64,000 nucleotides of DNA. Source: Scyliorhinus canicula. Lineage: Eukaryota. The notes beneath the pieces were generated by a model. It was not told the origin of the DNA. It was given only the letters and a program-made list of their open reading frames with translations, and did no database searches. The stretch covers positions 130,919,738-130,983,737 of the forward strand of contig NC_052160.1 of assembly GCF_902713615.1 (NCBI RefSeq). The letters are read 5' to 3'. The translations under genes were made by a program, and so were the position numbers. Shown here piece by piece: positions 59,393-64,000 of this stretch; positions within the stretch are counted from its first letter, which is position 1; each line of letters opens with the position of its first letter.

Positions 59393-60000
59393 TGTGATAT
59401 ATGTGCCTTCGTGCATTATAGGATGGGAATAGAGGGATACGGACCCCGGAAGTCTAGAAGATTTTAGTTTAGATGGGCAGCATGGTCGGCGCAGGCTTGG
59501 AGGGCCGCAGGGCCTGTTCCTGTGCTGTACTTTTCTTTGTTCTTTGTTCTATTATATAAGGTGCTTGGAGAGGAAGGATCAACATGGGACTGGAGAGTGA
59601 CACCACCCAGAGAGTGATGCACGTAGTCACATGGCGAGAGAACAGCCTGGGACTGGACTCAGTAAACAGCTAGCCTGCATGGAACAGCTCCTTGCAAGAC
59701 CATACGTGGAATGGCACCTCGTATTAAGTACATAGTATGACATGGTGTCATAAGAGGAAACTTCGGAATTGGATCAAGTTGGATCCGTGGAATTATTGTC
59801 GCTAAGATTGGACCTCTGTCCCTACCAAGTGGACGTGGAGGGACAGATCCTTCGTAAACACGTGGACCACTTGAGGAGAAGAGAGATGCTGCAGCAGTCA
59901 GTGCTCCCATCAAGAAATGCTTTAGAACCTGTAAGCACCAAAGTACCTTGTCGACCTGTAGAAGACGGAACTGGTGAATCGTAGAAGCAAGTCGTGATGA
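59393..60000 (+). mobile_element. Internally deleted Gypsy element: LTR (59393-59742, with CR1 tail at 59420-59550), PBS and integrase C-terminus
   Basis: TG...CA LTR, PBS-like TGGTGTCATAAGAGG, then WIRGIIVAKIGPLS..YQVDVEGQILRKHVDHLRRR. Confidence 0.8.
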
Positions 60001-60015
60001 GCTATCTGGTTCATC

Positions 60016-60234
60016 AGGGGCTGGTTTAGCACACTGGGCTAAATCGCTGGCTTTTAAAGCAGACCAAGACAGGCCAGCAGCACAGTTCAATTCCCGTACC
60101 GGCCTCCCCGAACAGGCGCCAGAATGTGGCGACTAGGGGCTTTTCACAGTAACTTCATTTGAAGCCTACTTGTGACAATAAGCGATTTTCATTTCATTTT
60201 CATTTTCATTTTCACTTTCATTTCATTTCATTCA
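60016..60234 (+). mobile_element. Short tRNA-derived SINE with expanded (TTTCA)n tail
   Basis: Same family as 33385. Confidence 0.93.
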
Positions 60235-60663
60235 TGTTCAACTATCTGGGCCAGAGGAGAAGCCGTTATTGCAGTTCTTATTAACGTCAATCCTGTGGAA
60301 GCATTTCAGTAACTAAACTACAGTGCTCTGCAAGCAATAGAAAACCCCCTCAAAGTCTCAATTTATAGTTGTTCAACTCATGTATATAGGGCACAATTCT
60401 CCGTTCTGGAGACTAAGTGTTACTGCCGGAGTAGAATTGCTTCTGGTCTCTGCTAGTGCTAGGAGCGGCGTCCAAGAGCGACACACTCTCCTTTACCATG
60501 GGGTATGATGGGAGGCAGCTGGGGTGGAGGGTTCTGATGGAGGGCGGGAGGTCTGTGGAGGGGGCAGGGGAAGTCTGATGAGGGGGCGAGAGGGGTTTGA
60601 TAGGCAAGGGGCAGGACTTGCATTGTGGGGGGGAGGGGGCCTTATGATGGACTTTGGGGAGGC

Positions 60664-60905
60664 TCCTAATAATCTTTTATTATTGTCACAAGTCGGCTTA
60701 CATTAACACTGCAATGAAATTACTGTGAAAAGCCCCTAGTCGCCACATTCCGGCGCCTGTTCGGGTGCACGGAGGGAGAATTCAGAATGTCCAAATGACC
60801 TAACAGCACGTCTTTCGGGACTTGTGGGAGGAAACCGGAGCTCCTGGAAGAAACCCACGCAGATACAGGGAGAACGTGCAGACTCTGCACAGACAGTGAC
60901 CCAAA
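60664..60905 (-). mobile_element. Chimeric SINE, 5'-truncated, inside a MITE remnant starting at about 60389
   Basis: V-domain joined to the alternative tail. Confidence 0.88.
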
Positions 60906-61139
60906 CCGCAGTGATTTATAGAGAGCCACCTGGTAGTTTTATGCCCCAAGAAAATTACGCTGTTGCATGTTTACTGTGTACCCCACCCAGAAGTCCACTC
61001 TGTCCATATCCCCCTCCTCCCCAACTCAGCAGAGGCCTTCTCTTTGCCAATTATGGCTAAGTTCCACATTGGGAAGCTGGTGAATCAAGGGGAGAAACTT
61101 GAGAAAATAAGAAAAAGTATCAAGGATTTAGATCAAAGG

Positions 61140-61560
61140 GCGACATTGCATTTATATACAGCCTTTTCTGACCTTGGGCTTTACACTTTACAGCCAATAA
61201 AGGATCTTTTGAAGAGTTGGAATGTAAGAAACATCACAGCAATTTACACACAGCAGAACCCCACAAACAGCAACGTGATAATGAACTGATGATCTGCTCT
61301 GGTGATATTGGATGTGATTTACATTGTCCACGTTCACCTTTGCCTTTTTTTTTGAGGACGTGCCACTTGATCTTTTATGGCCCCCTAAGCAGCCAGTAGA
61401 GGCCTCATTTTCATGTCTCATTTGAAAGACGACAACTCTGATAGTGCAGCACTCCATCAGTCCTACATCAAAGTATTATCCTGGATCTTGAGCTCAAGCC
61501 TCTGGAGTGGGACTTGAAAGCAGAACCTTTTGATTCAGAACCAAGAGTGTTCACACTGTG
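61140..61560 (-). mobile_element. SacSINE1-like DeuSINE, near full length
   Basis: Reverse complement of the 29570 family, including the L2-like tail. Confidence 0.85.
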
Positions 61561-62319
61561 GTAATCATTGTAGAAATAGCAGGGAGAATAAAATAATGAC
61601 ATAGTCAATAGAGAAAACCAATCATTCTACTTCAAGACCAAATAACCTTGCATTGTTCATTTACAGATAATCAATAATTGATGTTGGAGCTTGTAATATG
61701 AATTGGCAAAATGACTTGTATGGCTGAACCATCCCCCCCCCCCCCCCCCCCCCCCCCCCCAAATACATCCCACTATTTAACTTGTAACAATTGACCACAA
61801 AGTGAGTGAAATCACAATGGAGGAGAAAGGGTTGCCGTTGTCTACGATTCGAATATTGAAACTTGATGCTGTTAAGCAAGAATTGGCTTTTGATGAGCCC
61901 CTAGCATTTCAGTGACAAAAGGTAGAGGTAAGGGGAAGCAGGTGTTTGATATTTTGCTGGTAGAAGGCCATGTTTCACTTGCTGAAAGCTGAGATAAGGA
62001 TGGTTCCTGCTGCATAAAACCCCGCATGGCTTTATTTAGTGTATTGAACATTTAGCATTCACTTGACGTGCCATGGAATTTGATGTTTAATACACGTTAA
62101 GAGCAGACAAAGGGATGTTACCAAACACACACATGTATGAAAATACTAATGTTGCTCCAATGCATGCTTTCATACAAAATGCAATAGTCCCAGACATACA
62201 TGTTATTCTTCTGCAAACATGTTGAGGTCACACAAACTGTCTGGCAAACACGCCAACACCATACAAGCATACGGGAAATGAATTTTCTTGAAGCTTTCCC
62301 ATTAACAGAAACATGGAAA

Positions 62320-63112
62320 CATATAAAATAGGAGTAGCAGCAGGCCATTCACCCCATCAATTCTGCTCTGCCATTCAAAGAGATCATGGCTGATCCTCTA
62401 TATCAAAGCCAAACACTCGCTCCCTCCTTATACCCTTTGATGCCAATAGTGTTTAGAGACCTTATAAGGTCTTTCTTAAATATGTTCAGTGATTTGATCT
62501 CCACAGCTTTCTTTGGTTGAGAATTCCACCTTCCAAGTGAAGAAATTTATCCTTATCTCAATCCTAAATGGCCTACTCCATACCCTGAGAAGTGACCCCT
62601 TGTTCTAGACTCCACCACCCCCCCACCCCCCTCCAGCCAGAGGAAACAACATCCCTACGTCCAGTCTGTCCAGCCCCATCAGAATTTTAAACATTTCAAT
62701 GAGATTCCATCGCATTCTTCGAAACTCCAGTGAATACAATCTCTCCTCACACGACAATCCTGCCATTCGAGGAATCAGACTGGTGAACATTTGCTGCACT
62801 TCCCCTACGGCAAGTATATATTTTCTTAGGTAAGAAGACCCAAACTGCACATAGTAGTCCAGGTGTGGTCTCACCCAGGCTCTGTAAATTTGCAGTAAGA
62901 CATCCTTGCTCCCGACTGAAATCCTCTTACAATGAAGACCGACCTACCATTTGCCTTTCTAACTGCTTGCTGCACCTGCATGCTTGCTTTCAATGGCTGG
63001 TGTACAAGGACAGCCAGGTCCCTTTGTACATCCACATTTCCTAATCTATCTCTATTTAAATAAAACTCTGCCCTTCTGTTTCTCCTACTGAAGTGGATAA
63101 CATCACACTTTT
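62320..63112 (-). mobile_element. 5'-truncated CR1 LINE
   Basis: RPHLDYYVQFGSSYLRKYILAVGEVQQMFTSLIP...EFRRMRWNLIEMFKI. Confidence 0.9.
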
Positions 63113-63874
63113 CAGGGCAGCATGGTGGCACAGTGGTTAGCACTGTTGCTTCACAGCGCCAGGGAACCAGAGTATGTTAAATGTACAAGCAATGTTTCCT
63201 CAGCTACCTTTGGACAAAGTCCTACACTTTTGATCTAATTCTTGGAGGATAAAGGTTATATTAGACCATGTACTCACATATTCCATCGACTTTCCTAACT
63301 TTGTACCCAGCTGTGAAGATTCTCTTTCAATCTCACTGACTCAAGTTAATGTTTTATGTCCTGTTAATCCAAAATTGCGATGATGTTTGACTCAGATCCA
63401 TCCAATGCTTGTGTTGGAAGTACAAACAGACTCTCTGTTCATCATCACTTGGTACATATTCCCTTACCAATTTACCATATTTTGCTTTATAGTTTGCCCT
63501 CTGTCACGGGTGGATATTGCTGCCAATCCAGTAGGGAACAGGGAATCTACTGCAATGGAAACAAGGGACAGAATGTTCCTGAGAAGCACTGTCAGAAATA
63601 TATTGCTGTTGTGAGCCTGACATCAAAGATCAGCATCTCTACAGGATTGTGTAGGATTCTAAAACTATAATGAAAACATGATTACATTGTGATCCGAATA
63701 ATAAGGAGGACATTCGCTTTTGGTGGCAGTGTCAAAGTGAGTGATGGTGAATAATTCACCTATTTTAGACCGTATTCCATTATATTTTCTATTGCCACGC
63801 CATAAGGAGTGGAACATACACTTACTTGAATGATACTTGGATTCCGAGGTTAAACTATGTGCAGAGAGCAAACA

Positions 63875-64000
63875 AATTAGGCTTGAAGCTCTGAAAGTTT
63901 AGATGGTTAAGGGATGATTTGATTGAAATTTTCAAGATATTGAAGGGAACAGATGAGGTAAATAAAGTGAAACTATTTCTGCTGGTTGGGGAATGTAGGG
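63875..64000 (+). mobile_element. CR1 RT fragment running off the window
   Basis: KFRWLRDDLIEIFKILKGTDEV motif. Confidence 0.75.

Noticed and set aside
63271-63365. Possible minus-strand exon ending at GTGAGT
   Set aside because: Stops in all three frames and a weak acceptor.

Overview
Eukaryotic, repeat-dense genomic DNA with no intact protein-coding gene that I can recognise. The repeat families are HE1-type V-SINEs, SacSINE1-like DeuSINEs, CR1, L2 and L1 LINEs, Gypsy LTR relics, and GC-rich Harbinger-type MITEs with GGGCGGGATTCTCC ends. They point to an elasmobranch genome, most likely a catshark (inference from recalled family sequences, not a search). Most long ORFs in the track are artefacts of G-rich repeats and MITEs. 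Main unexpected result: an intronless, heavily decayed copy of the meiotic synaptonemal-complex gene SYCP1 at about 57450-59390 (+), which the ORF track misses entirely. Other notable items are a transposase-less Harbinger element still carrying its spliced Myb/SANT (NAIF1-like) gene; a MITE swarm bearing NRF1- and CRE-like palindromes; SINE families that swap heads and tails; a compact RFX+MEF2 motif cluster; and several AT-rich islands resembling conserved non-coding elements, suggesting an intron or gene desert near a developmental gene. Boundaries are exact where TSDs or TIRs are quoted and approximate for old fragments.
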